DNA of 64,000 bases from the NCBI GenBank assembly GCA_038087875.1, contig CM075989.1:22012001-22076000 (forward strand), in the 5' to 3' direction. Positions within the stretch are counted from its first letter, which is position 1. Each line of letters starts with the position of its first letter. The stretch comes from Malacoraja senta (Eukaryota). Below the pieces are notes generated by a model. That model worked only from the letters and a program-made list of their open reading frames with translations. It had not been told where the DNA came from and did not search any database. Positions 1 to 11,925 of this stretch are shown here, piece after piece. The translations under genes were made by a program, and so were the position numbers.

Positions 1-108
1 TAAATTATACTAAACTAAACTAAGCTAAGCTAGTGCAAAACACAATTCAAAATCAAGTCCATTGGCCTGCAAGCGGTAAATATTCGTTGTTACATTGCTT
101 TGGTAGGA

Positions 109-137
109 TTAGGGTTAGGGTTAGGGTTTGGTTAGGG
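109..137 (+). repeat. short interstitial (TTAGGG)n telomere-type repeat
   Basis: TTAGGG x3, TTTGG, TTAGGG. Confidence 0.7.
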
Positions 138-214
138 TTGTACTGATCAGGTCAAAAACCCGATGTCAGAAAATAGCTGTTCCTGAAGCTGGTGGTGCGG
201 GACTTTGGATTTCT

Positions 215-665
215 TTATTTTACAACTGAATGATGGGTCGATACTGTATCGTCACATGTACTCCTGTACAGTGACATTCTTAGATTAGCATACAATACAT
301 GTATGCAAAGTGTTAACACGTATAACAAAGTCACAAAAGTATGCAATGTAGTCCCAATGGCCCCCCTCCTTCTTGCCCCCCCATCCCCACTCCCCAAGTC
401 CCACTTTTTTCTGGGTAGCCCCGCAACATCGGGTCCCTCTTTGATCTCTGCACGCCCCCAGCCCCCCCCCCCCCCCACCCACCACCGGGTCCCTCTTTCT
501 CTCTTTCGGCCTTGCCTGGATGGGTGGGATCCTTGAAGATAGATGCTACCTTCTGTAGATGCTTTCGATCAATGGTGGGGAGGGAGGTGTCCATAATGGA
601 CTGGGCTATGACCACCAGTCTTTGCAGCCCCTTGCATCTCTGGACATTGGAATTGCCAGAATACA
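215..665 (-). mobile_element. Rex1/Babar-type LINE 3' fragment (ORF end plus probable 3' UTR)
   Basis: minus-strand peptide LQRLVVIAQSIMDTSLPTID..HLQKVASIFKDPTHP matches the Rex1/Babar C-terminal motif; UTR part less certain. Confidence 0.65.
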
Positions 666-676
666 ATCGTGCGAGT

Positions 677-875
677 AGAAGGCTGTGGAGGCCAAGTCAA
701 TGGATATTTTTAAAGCAGAGATAGATTCTTGATCAGTACGGGTGTCAGGTATTATGGGGAGAAGACAGGAGAATGTGGTTAGGAAGGAGAGATAGATCAG
801 CCATGGTTGAATGGCGAAGTAGACTTGATGGGCCGAATGACCTAATTCTGCTCCTATTACTCATGACCTTATGAC
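677..875 (+). mobile_element. CR1 LINE 3' end (subfamily A)
   Basis: agaaggctgtggaggccaagtc...gatcagccatg..gaatggc..gggccgaatg.cctaattctgctcct, repeated many times in the window. Confidence 0.85.
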
Positions 876-1296
876 AACTAGTCAGGATATAATGTACAAA
901 TAGCATCTGCAGAAGTTTGTTTGTCTATGGTCCCATTAGTCAGCAGGATGATAGAAACAAGATTCAATTTTTTGTAAATCTACTATTTTCATTGACTACA
1001 CAACAGAAAAACCATGATATAGCGATATTAATGATATGAATTAATATCTATTAAGTCATTGTGCACAAATATTGGAAAATATTTTGGGCAACTTCAAATT
1101 TCTGAATCAATCATTGACTGAGTAAATAATGTCAGTGCTGCATTAACCAATTGTAATGTTCAAAGGAGGCCTGAATATAGTTATTATCTGAAAACAATAG
1201 TTTCCATTACAGTTGTTGAGCTAATCACTTCCTTTTGATTGACAATAACTTTCTGCTTCATTTTCATCCAAAGATTTAAACTAAATGGAATACATT

Positions 1297-1611
1297 TTTA
1301 GTTTAGTTTAGTTTAGTTTAGAGATACAGAGCGGAAGCAGGCCCTTCAGCCCACCAAGTCCTTGCCAACCAGTGATCTCCCCTCCCCGTACACTTAACAT
1401 TATCCTACACACACTAGGGATAATTTTACCAAAGCCAAAAAACCTACCAACCTGTAAGTCTTTGTGTGTGGGAGGACCCGGAGAAAACCCATGCGGTCAC
1501 AGGGAGAACGTGCAAACTCCGTACAGACAGCACCCGGCACCCGTGGTCGGGATCGAACCCAGGGCACTGGCGCTGTAAGGCAGCAACTCTACCGCTCCAC
1601 CATTGTGCCGC
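1297..1611 (-). mobile_element. HE1-like tRNA-derived V-SINE
   Basis: reverse strand: tRNA head with A/B boxes (ggttcgatcc), V-domain, CR1-like tail, (CTAAA)n. Confidence 0.9.
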
Positions 1612-1634
1612 TGTTCACTGTTGCAGGACAACAT

Positions 1635-1887
1635 CAGAGACCCCGGGTTCGATCCTGATCTTGGGTGCTGTGCGTGTGGAGTTTTTCACGTGTTCCCTGT
1701 AACCACGAGGCTCCCCAGTTTCCTCCCACATCCCATAGACGTGCAGGTTTGCGGGGTAATTGTCCCTGAAAATTGTCCCAAGGGTGTTGGGAGTGGATGC
1801 GAAAATGGGACAACATAAAACTAGTGCGAGTGGGTGATCGATGGTCGGCATGGACTCGGTGGGCCGAAGGCCTGTTTCCATGCTGTA
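1635..1887 (+). mobile_element. HE1-like V-SINE, 5'-degraded, head-to-head with previous copy
   Basis: gggttcgatcc B box, tttcctcccaca V-domain, gactcggtgggccgaaggcctgtttcc tail. Confidence 0.85.
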
Positions 1888-2562
1888 AGCAAAATTAGGT
1901 TGGAGCTCTTTTTAATACAGCCAGAGCTAATCATCGCATTGTTGGAATCACAAACAATTTAAATTTAGACGTCAGCATTTCATTCTTGCAATAAAGTTTC
2001 CCAAACCAAGCTTGTTTGTGTGCATGTGTTTGCATGTTTAATGTTGGTGCCTGGAGTAATATTCCCTGTAGTCACACACACAAATATCACTCAGTCACCT
2101 TTTTATACTCGGCCTTGAACATATAAAATTAGTCTCCCTCTCTCCGCTGAGTTGTTTCAGGATCTTCATCTGCTTTTATATCGATAATTCGTTCAATCAC
2201 GGGGGATCAGTGTAACATCCTGAAATGTTGTAATGTTATGTTATTTTCAGGATTAGAGGAAAAGTACGTTTTCACAGTAAACCTGTGTCAGTTTATTTAA
2301 AGGATTTGAGTCGCAGACTTAAAAAAAAAAAATTCAACCCTTGTTCAAATTCAAAGCACTTGTGCCAGCATAGACTCTATGGGCTATAGACCCTGCAAAC
2401 AGAATAAGGTCTCAGCTCTTTACTAAAACACATACTTGGAACATTTAGCTCACCAGTCATTTTATTTACGAACTGTTGATGTGATTGTGTGGCGAAGATG
2501 AAACTAAGTATTCATTGTTAATAAGATTTCCCTTGCAGCTCGTGACCTGATGATTGTGATCG

Positions 2563-2660
2563 CAGTCTGAAGAAGGGTCTCGACCCGAAACGTCATCTAT
2601 TCCTTCGCTCCATAGATGCTGCCTCACCTGCTGAGTTTCTCCAGCATTTTTGTCTACCTT
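2563..2660 (+). mobile_element. Penelope-like element 3' end with hammerhead-like core
   Basis: ctgaagaagggtctcgacccgaaacgtc (2567-2594); a close variant follows a GIY-YIG ORF end at 22440-22756. Confidence 0.8.
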
Positions 2661-2849
2661 GCATTCAGAACAATGTCATTTTTCCTTCAATATATAGGAA
2701 CTTTTTTTATTTACCTGAAGCCTAATTAACACTGTCTAGAGTACAACCTAGACTTGATTAAACCAATGATTCAATGATGCTTTGTTTGTCACATTGACAA
2801 CTGTACAGTGACATTCTTTTTGCATACTTACACAGGAACGTATGTGTGC

Positions 2850-3062
2850 GTGTGTGTTGGTATATATATATATATACACCGCCTGTGTGTGTGTCTATAG
2901 GTGTGTGTATGTATACTGTACATACACACAATAAGTTTTTTTTCTCGTTTATTAGATTGTTTACAGTGTACTATGTTTACATATTCTGTTGTGCTGCTGC
3001 AAGTAAGAATCTCATTGTTCTATCCGGGACATATGACAATAAAACCCTCTTGGTTCTCTTGA
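2850..3062 (+). mobile_element. Rex1/Babar-type LINE 3' UTR (family 1)
   Basis: ttctgttgtgctg..gcaag.aagaat.tcattgt.ctatc.gggaca.atgacaataaa, same as the UTR following the Rex ORF at 14120-14500. Confidence 0.7.
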
Positions 3063-4009
3063 TATGCAGGTGCCGCCATGTTTTAGCACCATTTCCATAG
3101 ACCAAAGTCAAAGTCACCCGACTAGTTTACAGGGCACAGTCCCAGTTGGAGCCTCTGTCAGGGGAGCAGGAAAGTAGGGCAAGGTGCATTAATCACCAAC
3201 GCACAAAGCAAGTCACCATAAACTAAATGGGTTTCTTTTTGTTGAAACAGAACTATTAAGACTGGAGATGTGTTCGTACGAGCCCAAGACCTCAGATTCG
3301 CATCAGATTGGAATCTGGTGCCTTGTGGGAATTAATTACCAGAAAAGGAGGAACTTGTGGGAGATGTAGTTTGTTAACATTTCCTGCTAAATGAATCAAT
3401 GAAGCAACATTGGTCCTGGTGATTCCCCCTGTAGCAGAGAAACTATACATCTTCATTATCAAATATTAGCAGAAGGGTGACAAGCACCTGCCCCAGAACT
3501 CTGCAGAATCCTAAACCCATTTTAAAGTAATTTTCAATCAATTAACTTTGAAGCACAGCAATAATATGAGTTATATTAAAGATTTCTTGCTTCATATAAC
3601 TTTCAGCTCAAATTCTTCCAGCTGATTTGCAGGTCACGCTGAAACATCTAGGGTTGGAACTTTTCTCTTAAGCATGTCTCTGTTTTGCTGCTATCTGCCT
3701 CAGGTCATTGACTAAGTAGAACTTACCCCTGGTGCTTGTCCTTCACACAACCTGTTTTAATTAAAATATTCTCAGCTTTCAGTGCAGGCCCCAATGCGCT
3801 AAAGATCCAGTTTTATTTTACTGTAGAGGCCGATATTTAAAGCATTTTCGGAAGCAGCATTTCACTGCACTGAATGAATAGAACGTGAATATGAATCTTA
3901 CAGAATGTACTGCAGGTAATTTCAATGTTTTCAAGCACTTTTGGACATTGTAAACTTTTGTTAATAATTGGAACTCTTGCAAAATCTACCATTTGGCAGT
4001 AAAAATTAT

Positions 4010-4262
4010 TGTTTACATTATTGCACTACTACTGTTTATTTTATGCGTGTAGTTATGTGTGTGTATGTGTGTGTATACATATATGATCTATATATATATG
4101 TATTTGTGAGTATGTTTATGTATACACACTAAACTTTTTTCTCTCTCTCGTTTATTATATTGTTTACAGAGTACTATGTTCACATATTCCGTTGTGCTGC
4201 AGTAAGTTAGAATTTCATTGTTCTATCTGGGACACATAACAATAAAACACTCTTGACTCTCG
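4010..4262 (+). mobile_element. Rex1/Babar-type LINE 3' UTR (family 1)
   Basis: close paralog of 2850-3062 and 14330-14500. Confidence 0.7.
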
Positions 4263-5119
4263 AACATTTATTTTCTCCAACTGACGGAGCCTGCAATACT
4301 TTGGTTAAGTCTGGAGAGTCACGTGGATGGTAATGAGCATTCTTGACCATTTTAAAATGCAGTTGGTGTAGGATAGACAATATGCCACTGCTGCCTTAAC
4401 CCTTTAACCTACGGAGTCCTGCCTTGCAAAAGAATGACCTTGCAGTCCATAGAGATTTTTACTATCATGCTGCCACAGTCTCTCCCAATCTGCTATCACA
4501 ACTGATGCAGCTTCCATGTGTATAAAAAAACAATCTATTAGTGTTACAGTTTCCGATTTATCAGTGGCAAAAATTCTACAGATACCTTTTGCCATTAGCA
4601 TCTCACAAATGGCGTCAATTATGCATGCTGCAGTTTTAATGCAGGTCTATACCAGTAAACAAAAAAAAATGATAGCTTAGACATCAATGGAGATGCATGT
4701 AATATGGCTGGAACCACTCAGAAGAAAATACTGGCAGTGTGTCAGTAAGTGCTCCTGGAAGTTCAGGAATGGAAGTCGGGTATTCTCCCGTGTATTTGTC
4801 AGCTCTTGTTTATAGTTTTGCCGTTATTAATTATACTGTAAAGAGGACCATAAATTTCTAATTATCAAATGAGATGTCTATCGTCACGTTGAGTGATGTA
4901 TGTAAACATTAGATCACCATAGTCTGCATCAAAGGCAATCGTATAGACCATCTCTCCATGAGAAGCAAATCACCAAATAGCTCTTCCTTAAGTATGAAAG
5001 ATGTGTAATTATAGCAAGGCCAGTCTTTGGCTTGGCGACAGGGTGAATATTACGCTAGCTATAACGCTAGCCCTTTGAAAGTATTTGTTTGCTAGACTTT
5101 TTCAAAATTCCTAATCAGG

Positions 5120-5403
5120 TTTTAGTTTTAGTTTTAGAGATACAGCACGGAACAGGTCCTTTGACCCACCGAGTCTGCACCGACCCGCTATCCCCGCACA
5201 CTAGCACTATCCTATCCGACATTTTGATACCAAGCCAATTAACCTACAAACCCGCACGTCTTTGGAATGTGGGGGGAAACCGAAGATCTCGGAGAAAACC
5301 CACGCAGGTCACGGGGGGAACGTCCAAACTCAGTAGTCAGGATCGAACCAGGGTCTCTGGCGCTGTAAGGCAGCAACTCTACCGCTGCGCCACCAGGCCG
5401 CCC
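5120..5403 (-). mobile_element. HE1-like V-SINE
   Basis: tRNA head, V-domain and tail on reverse strand. Confidence 0.9.
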
Positions 5404-5659
5404 TGGTCTAGTTTTCCATTTTGTATGATATGTCTACTGTAACTAGGATTGGCAATCTCCTACCTTTTATATATTTAGTTTTTATTATCATTGCACATGC
5501 CCAATTGAACATTAACTGAATCCATGCTAAAGACCTAATCGCTGTGCTCATTCAGATGGAAGGAATGCTGGTTTAACCCTTTACTCAACTAATGTGAATC
5601 ACTTTTTAAATTAAATGACCATCTTCTACAAATAATGCCACCAACAAATTTGGCGATCT

Positions 5660-5798
5660 TCATAAGTGATAGGAGCAGAATTAAGCCATTCGGCCCATCA
5701 AGTCTACTCCACCATTCAATCATGGCTGATCTATCTCTCCCTCCTAACCCTATTCTCCTGCCTTCTCCCCATAACCCCCTGACGCCCGTACTAATCAA
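5660..5798 (-). mobile_element. CR1 3' end (subfamily A)
   Basis: reverse complement of the 677-875 tail. Confidence 0.85.
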
Positions 5799-5819
5799 CC
5801 TTGTGAGATTTATTGGAAA

Positions 5820-5930
5820 GACTTCTCTTCAGTCTGAAGAAGGGTCTCACCCCGAAACGTCACCTATTCTTTTTCTCCTAGAGATGCTGTCTGACCTGCT
5901 GAGTTACTCCAGCTTTTTGTGTCTATCTTC
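5820..5930 (+). mobile_element. Penelope-like 3' end with short inverted left arm
   Basis: tcttcag-t-ctgaagaagggtctcaccccgaaacgtc...ctgagttactccagc. Confidence 0.8.
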
Positions 5931-6392
5931 TTTTCACAGTGTTATCCTTGGAACAATCTACCACATGTCAAGTTATGACATGTAGTAACTAGTCTAGTTA
6001 TCAGACACATAAAAGATCCATTGGTTGCAATCACCAGAGGGATACACTTAAAATTAACATTAAATATTTAGTAGAACAGTACCAGATTCGATTGAAAATG
6101 TGCGGTTTTATAAACTAAAAATAAACTCATTAAAAGGTTCAGAATAAGACATTCGTGCTGTATAGGTCAGAAGTCACAAAAATGTTGATGCAAAAATCAT
6201 TTTATTAATTGAACAATTAAAAAATAAAATTTGCAAATATGGAAATGGGGAATGGGTTGGCTGAAATTATTATCATTAAAAATTTAAAAAGAAATATTAT
6301 TATTGTCAAAATCTAAACTCATAATGGACTTGACAGAGATTTTAAGTAAGTGGGAAACCTCGGGTGAAAAGACTGGTGTTTTAAATGATCCA

Positions 6393-6627
6393 AGGGTGGT
6401 GAATCTGTGGAATTCTTTGCCACAGAAGGCTGTGGAGGCCAAGTCAATTGATATTTTTTTAAGGCAGAGATAGATAGATTCTTGATTAGTATGGGTGTCA
6501 GGGGTTATGGGGAGAAGTCAGGAGAATGGGGTTTGAAGGGAGAGATGGATCAGCCATGATTGAATGGCGGAGTAGGCTTGGTGGGCCGAATGGCCTAATT
6601 CTGCTCCTCTCTCTTATGACCTTATGA
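6393..6627 (+). mobile_element. CR1 3' end (subfamily A)
   Basis: RVVNLWNSLPQKAVEA-coding segment plus conserved 3' UTR. Confidence 0.9.
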
Positions 6628-7072
6628 TTAGTTTAGTTGACAATCTCATGGCAATTTTTTATCAGTGTAGTCACTTTAAATAGCAGAGATAAATGCTGCA
6701 TCTGGGTAAGTAGAAAATAAAAGTTATAAATACTGATAATAAAATGAGATTATACAACAAACACTTTGTTGTATCAAGTTAGGTCAAAGATTGTATCGTA
6801 TTGCAATGGGATGTGATGTATGTACGTATTAACTGATAATGTTCCAAAGGGAAAAAGAAACACAGCCTTATTCACAGCTGTCATAGATTTGATATATTCA
6901 GGCTCATTGTCACAGCAATAATGTGTCGATTGAACTTTTTGTATGGAGGTGGAATGACAAGACACAAACCTGATTGCTTTTATATTTTTATAGTTGTTGC
7001 ACTCTTAGCACCTGCCAAGACAGGAGACAAAAAAAAATGTAGTAGAGATAAAGTAGATATTAATTATTTAAC

Positions 7073-7291
7073 GTGTAGTAAGGAACTGCAGATGCTGGTT
7101 TAAACCGAAGATAGACACAAAACGCTGGAGTAACTCAGCGGGACAGGCAGCCTCTCTGGAGAGAAGGAATGTGTGACGTTTTGGGTCGTGACTCTTCTTC
7201 TGACTACTTCAGACCCGAAGCGTCACCCATTCCTTCTCTCCAGAGATGCTGCCTATCCTGCTCAGTTACTCTGGCATTTTGTGTCTATCTT
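7073..7291. mobile_element. fold-back (inverted dimer) Penelope-like mini-element
   Basis: left arm gatagacacaaaacgctggagtaactcagc... is the reverse complement of right arm ...agttactctggcattttgtgtctatc. Confidence 0.8.
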
Positions 7292-8685
7292 AATTATCTA
7301 ACATTACTTTTAGAAAGGTATATATACCAAAACATAATGATTTGTGTTGGAAGCAAAATAATACTGCAAGCCTACGCAGACAATGATAGCATTTATGTTT
7401 GCGACCCTGGCTATTATTTGGCTTGACCATTCTCAAAACAAGAAATAAATACACACATAAACAGTTGTAGAATCTAATGGAAGGAGTTGTCTGGTAATTG
7501 GTACACTGGCTAATGTCACCATATTTTAAGCAATAACTGCATAACTCTATCATACAGTCATCAGTGTTCCAAAAGGTCATTGTTCATTCACTGTAGCACA
7601 AAATTAGCTCATGTCTGATTTGTGCTTGAGGCTCACCGTGATAACAATCAGCAGATGATTGGACACACACATTCTTAACATGGATGACCCATGACATTAA
7701 GGATGCAGAGGAGTCTGTCATTAGATGCTCCTCTGTCACCCCTTATCTCGCCAGATGACTTTGAGATTTTTATTCTCTTCACAATTAGGGTCGCAAGCCA
7801 GCGCAGTAACAACAGTGTTGTTGTCGCAGGTTCAGAAATGCTAACACTCTCATTTTCATTCCGGCTCTATCTTGGAAAATAAAACACCATGACTTTTACA
7901 TTGTGAATCCGAGGAAAATCACCCGTTATCTTTATGATCATGAATTTCAGTGCCATTATAGTGATTATTTTTCCTGTTTAGTTACAAGGGGCTTTAACAT
8001 ATTTAATTTGACTTTCTGGGTCAACCTGAAGCTCCCAAACTGTTCTACACAGACCTATTTGCTGTTTGAATCACACGTCAAGATGCACACTTTATACATT
8101 TCTGAGAGTCACCACTGAGGTTTATATTTACTTCTGAAATTAGCATTGATTTTTCAATTGTTAATTCAATCACATCCAATTAAGAGCAATGCCCAGAACG
8201 AAAGTCTGTCAATTAAACAGTCACTTTGGTGTCACAGTCAATATTTATTAGAAAATGCTAGATTGAGAAATGCAGATCCCAAATAAAAATTAAAACATCG
8301 CTTGATTTAAACAGTGGTTTTCGCAACCTTAGAATGTGTACTCCAGCCAAGTTAGGTAATAAGACGGTTTGCAATGCAAAACATATGCTTTTTAAAAAAT
8401 CTAGCAGGGAAGTATAAAATAAATGTGGACCTAGTTAAGACAGACATGTGAAGAAACTTCAATATATGCTTGAGACGGTCAATGATCAGTCCTAGCACTT
8501 CCATGCCTGGGGTCAACACCGAATATGCAGAGATAGACATTGTTTCCACAACAGCTTGTAATTAAAATAAGAGACGTTTCAAAGCTGTAATACATCCCAA
8601 CTCACAGGAGCAGAGTTAGGCAAAGCACAAAAAGGACAGGTGGCAAAAGCTTAAGGCAGAATTTGAGGAGCATTTTAACGAAGAA

Positions 8686-8996
8686 GGGGTGGCATGGTGG
8701 CGCAGCGGTAGAGTGGCTGCCTCACAGCGCCAGAGACTTGGGATCGATCCTGACTATGTGTGGTGTCCGTACGGGGCTTGTACGTTCTCCCCGTGACTCG
8801 CGTGGGGTTTCTCCGGGGTCTCCGGTTTCCTCCCACACTCCAAAGACGTACAGGGTTTGCAAGTTAATTGGCTTGGTATAATTGTAAATTGTCCCTGGTG
8901 TGTGTGGGATAGTGTAAGTGTGCGGGGGGTGGGTGCGGACTCAGTGGGCCAAAGGCACTGTTTCCGCACTGTATCTCTAAACTAAACTAAACTAAA
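8686..8996 (+). mobile_element. HE1-like V-SINE, full length
   Basis: ggtggcgcagcggtagag A box, V-domain, (CTAAA)n tail. Confidence 0.92.
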
Positions 8997-9006
8997 GAAA
9001 ACAAGG

Positions 9007-9692
9007 TGGCGTTTAAGAGGCTTTTCGATAGTCACGTGGATATATGCAGGGAATGGAGGGATGTGGATCATTTGCAGGCAGATCTTGGCATCATGTTTGG
9101 CACAGACACTGTGGTCCGATTGGCCTGTTCCTAATCTGCGTTCTATGTTCGAAAGTCACTGAACCTGAGGGGTAACTTTTTTGCACAGAGGGTGGTGGGT
9201 GCGTGGGTGCGTGGGTGAGGAGGTCGTTGAAGCAGCCACTATCACCTGTTTCTAATAAGAAACATTTAGACAGGTACATGGATAGGTGCAAGAGTCTAGG
9301 ACCAGAGGTCGTAGCCTCAGAATTAAAGGGGGCTATCTTAGAGAGGAGGTGAGGAGTAACTTCTTTAATCAAAGTGTAGTAAATCTATGGAACTCATTGC
9401 CATAGAGGACTGTGCAGGCCAAGTCAGTGGATATTTTTAAGGCAGAGATAGACTTGATTAGAAAAGGTGTCAAGGGTTTTGGGGAGAAGGCAGGAAAATG
9501 GGATTAGGAGGCAGAGATCAGCCATGATTGAATGGCGGAGTGGAGAATGGGCCGAATGGCCTAATTCTACTCCTATAACTTGTGAACTTGAACAGACAGG
9601 TTTAGAGGGATATGGGCCAAACGCAGGCAGGTGGGACTAGTATAGATGAGGCATGTTGGTTGGCGTGGGCAAATAGGGCTGAAGGGCCTGTC
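9007..9692 (+). mobile_element. cluster of CR1 3' ends; subfamily A (~9290-9592) nested in subfamily C (9161-9285 + 9594-9692)
   Basis: acaggtacatggatagg / acaggtttagagggatatgggcc is split by a second CR1 end. Confidence 0.8.
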
Positions 9693-9794
9693 TCACCTGT
9701 TTTGGGGTGAGAATTTGGACCTATCTAAATATACATTTTCGGGTATTACTTGCATTTGAGTGGATTTTTTGTTTGCAAACCACCACCCACCAGT

Positions 9795-10075
9795 CTAGTT
9801 TAGTTTAGATCCCTTTAGTTTACTTTAGTTGACTTTAGTTTATTGTCACGTGTACAGAGGTACAGTGAAAAGCTACCCAGTCAGTGGAAAGACTATACTT
9901 GATTACAATCAAACCATCCACAGTATGCAGATACAGGATAAAGGACATGACGTTTCATGCAAGATAAAGTCCAGTACAGTCTGATTATAGATATTAGTTC
10001 AAAGGTCTCCATTGAGGTAGATGGTTGGTCAGGCCCACACTGTAGTTGGTGATAGGATGGTTCATTTTCCTGATA
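9795..10075 (-). mobile_element. Rex1/Babar-type LINE 3' UTR (family 2) with (TTTAG)n tail
   Basis: tttattgtcacgtgtac.gaggtacagtgaaaagc; linked to Rex ORF end at 28255-28618. Confidence 0.75.
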
Positions 10076-10236
10076 TCTAGTTCTCCTGATATCTATCCCA
10101 CTTCTGACACCATGTAGGAAATGATCAGTGATTAGAATCCATAGTCTTTTATTAGCAACTCTGTAGAGGAAACACAAGGCGCTTTCGTCTCCACATGCAT
10201 ACAGCTAGTCTGCTAGAGAGAGGGAGAGAGGGAGCT

Positions 10237-10535
10237 CTCTGAAGAAGGATTTCGGCCTGAAACGTTGCCTATCTCCTTCGTTCCATAGATGCTGCTGCAC
10301 CCGCTGAGTTTCTCCAGCATTTTTGTGTACCTTCTCTAATAAGCCTGTGAGTGGGCCAAATCTACACTAGCCAGAATGAATCATTCAATAAATAATGTGT
10401 AAGAAAGAACTGCAGATGCTGGTTTAAATCAAAGGTTGACACAAAATGCTGGAGTAACTCAACGGGACAGGCAGCATCTCTGGAGAGAAGGAATGGGTGA
10501 CGTTTAGGGTCGAGACCCTCATGCAGACTGAAGAC
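10237..10535. mobile_element. two Penelope-like 3' ends (+ 10237-10333; - 10396-10535)
   Basis: ctgaagaagg...gaaacg and gacgtttagggtcgagaccc motifs. Confidence 0.8.
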
Positions 10536-10887
10536 TGATTTAATAAATAATGTTGTGAAACACCAATTCATGCCATGAATCCAATGCCCATGGTCCCATC
10601 ATACCACCAATTCATACAAATTCAAAAGAGCAGCAATACCTCCCCGTGGAGTGAGAAGTTTTCTATTGAATTACATTAAATTATTGACATTGCATAAAAT
10701 CTCTTGCCATCTTCATTCACATAGAAATTGTTTTTCCAGTGAATTTTCTGTTTTAATCATTTTTTGAATATATGTCACAGCCAACAAGGAGGGTCTTTTT
10801 ACCTCTGACAAACTATTGTCTTGATAGTTCATAATGCTCCACGTCTTTTTTTTCCTAACTCTCCTTTGAAGCATCTATGATTGTGAG

Positions 10888-11436
10888 TTTTGGAGTGTCG
10901 TGCTAAGTTTTGGTCACCCTGCTGTCAGAAGGATGTCATTAAGCTAGAAAGAGTGTAGAGAAGATTTTGCAAGAATGTTAGCAGGACTCGACGGCCTAAG
11001 CAATAGAGAAAGGTAGGGTCAACAGTGGCCGAAAAAATCGCCAAGTGGGACAGGCCCTTGAGCAGTGTATAAAATAGAGGTGTATAAAATCATGAAGGCA
11101 ATAGATCGGGTGAATGCACAAAGTCATTTACCCAAAGTAGGGGAATCAGGAACCATAGAATTAAGGTGAAAGTGGAAAGATTTAATGGGAACCTGAGGGG
11201 CAACTTTTTCACACAAAGGGCGGTGGATATATGAAACAATCTGCCAGAGGAGGTAGTTGAGGCAGGTACCATAACAACATTTAAAAGACACTTGAACAGG
11301 TACATAGATAGGAAAGGCTTTGAGGCATATGGGCCAAATGTGGGCAGATGGGACTAGCTTAGATGTGGCACCTTGATCGACATGGATGCGTTGGGCCGAG
11401 TGGCCTGTTTCCATGTTAGATGACTCTGTGGCTCTA
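10888..11436 (+). mobile_element. CR1 ORF2 3' part plus tail (subfamily C), interrupted
   Basis: FWSPC..KDVIKLERV and EVYKIMK.IDRVNAQS motifs; tail gggccga.tggcctgtttcc. Confidence 0.85.
11028..11057. mobile_element. isolated terminal fragment of the MITE at 36036-36289
   Basis: gccgaaaaaatcgccaagtgggacaggccc matches the MITE right end. Confidence 0.7.
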
Positions 11437-11580
11437 AGATGCTGTCATTATTGCAACAGTTTTGTGATAGCAATGGATCCATGTTGATCACCATAACCTG
11501 AGCGATGGTTTTGAGGTTGTGCCAGGCGATCGTGTCATCTCACAATTATCATCATCTTTACTGAGATTTACTGACATTGT

Positions 11581-11925
11581 CTAGAGGCAGGAAACATGTT
11601 TCCGATGTTGGGAGAGTCCAGAACCGGGGGCCACAGTGTAAGAATAAGGGGTAGGCCATTAAGAACGGAGATGAGGAAAAACTTTTTCACCCAGAGAGTT
11701 GTGAATCTGTGGAATTCTCTGCCTCAGAAGGCAGCGGAGGCCGGTTCTCCGGATGCTTTCAAGAGAGAGTTAGATAGAGCTCTTAAAGATAGCGGCGTCA
11801 GGGGACATGGTGAGAAGGCAGGAACGGGGTACTGATTGTGGATGATCAGCCACGATCACATTAAATGGCGGTGCTGGCTCGAGGGGCCGAATGGCCTACT
11901 CCTGCACCTATTGTCTATTGTCTAT
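11581..11925 (+). mobile_element. CR1 3' end (subfamily B), little degraded
   Basis: open frame MFPMLGESRTGGHSVRIRG...FFTQRVVNLWNSLPQKA; (ATTGTCT)n tail. Confidence 0.92.

Noticed and set aside
5958..6000. Two adjacent short palindromes (acatgtca..tgacatgt; taactagtctagtta)
   Set aside because: Arms of only 7-8 bp; expected by chance in 64 kb.
8686..8755. tRNA-like A and B boxes
   Set aside because: SINE heads continuing into the V-domain; no complete cloverleaf, so not tRNA genes.
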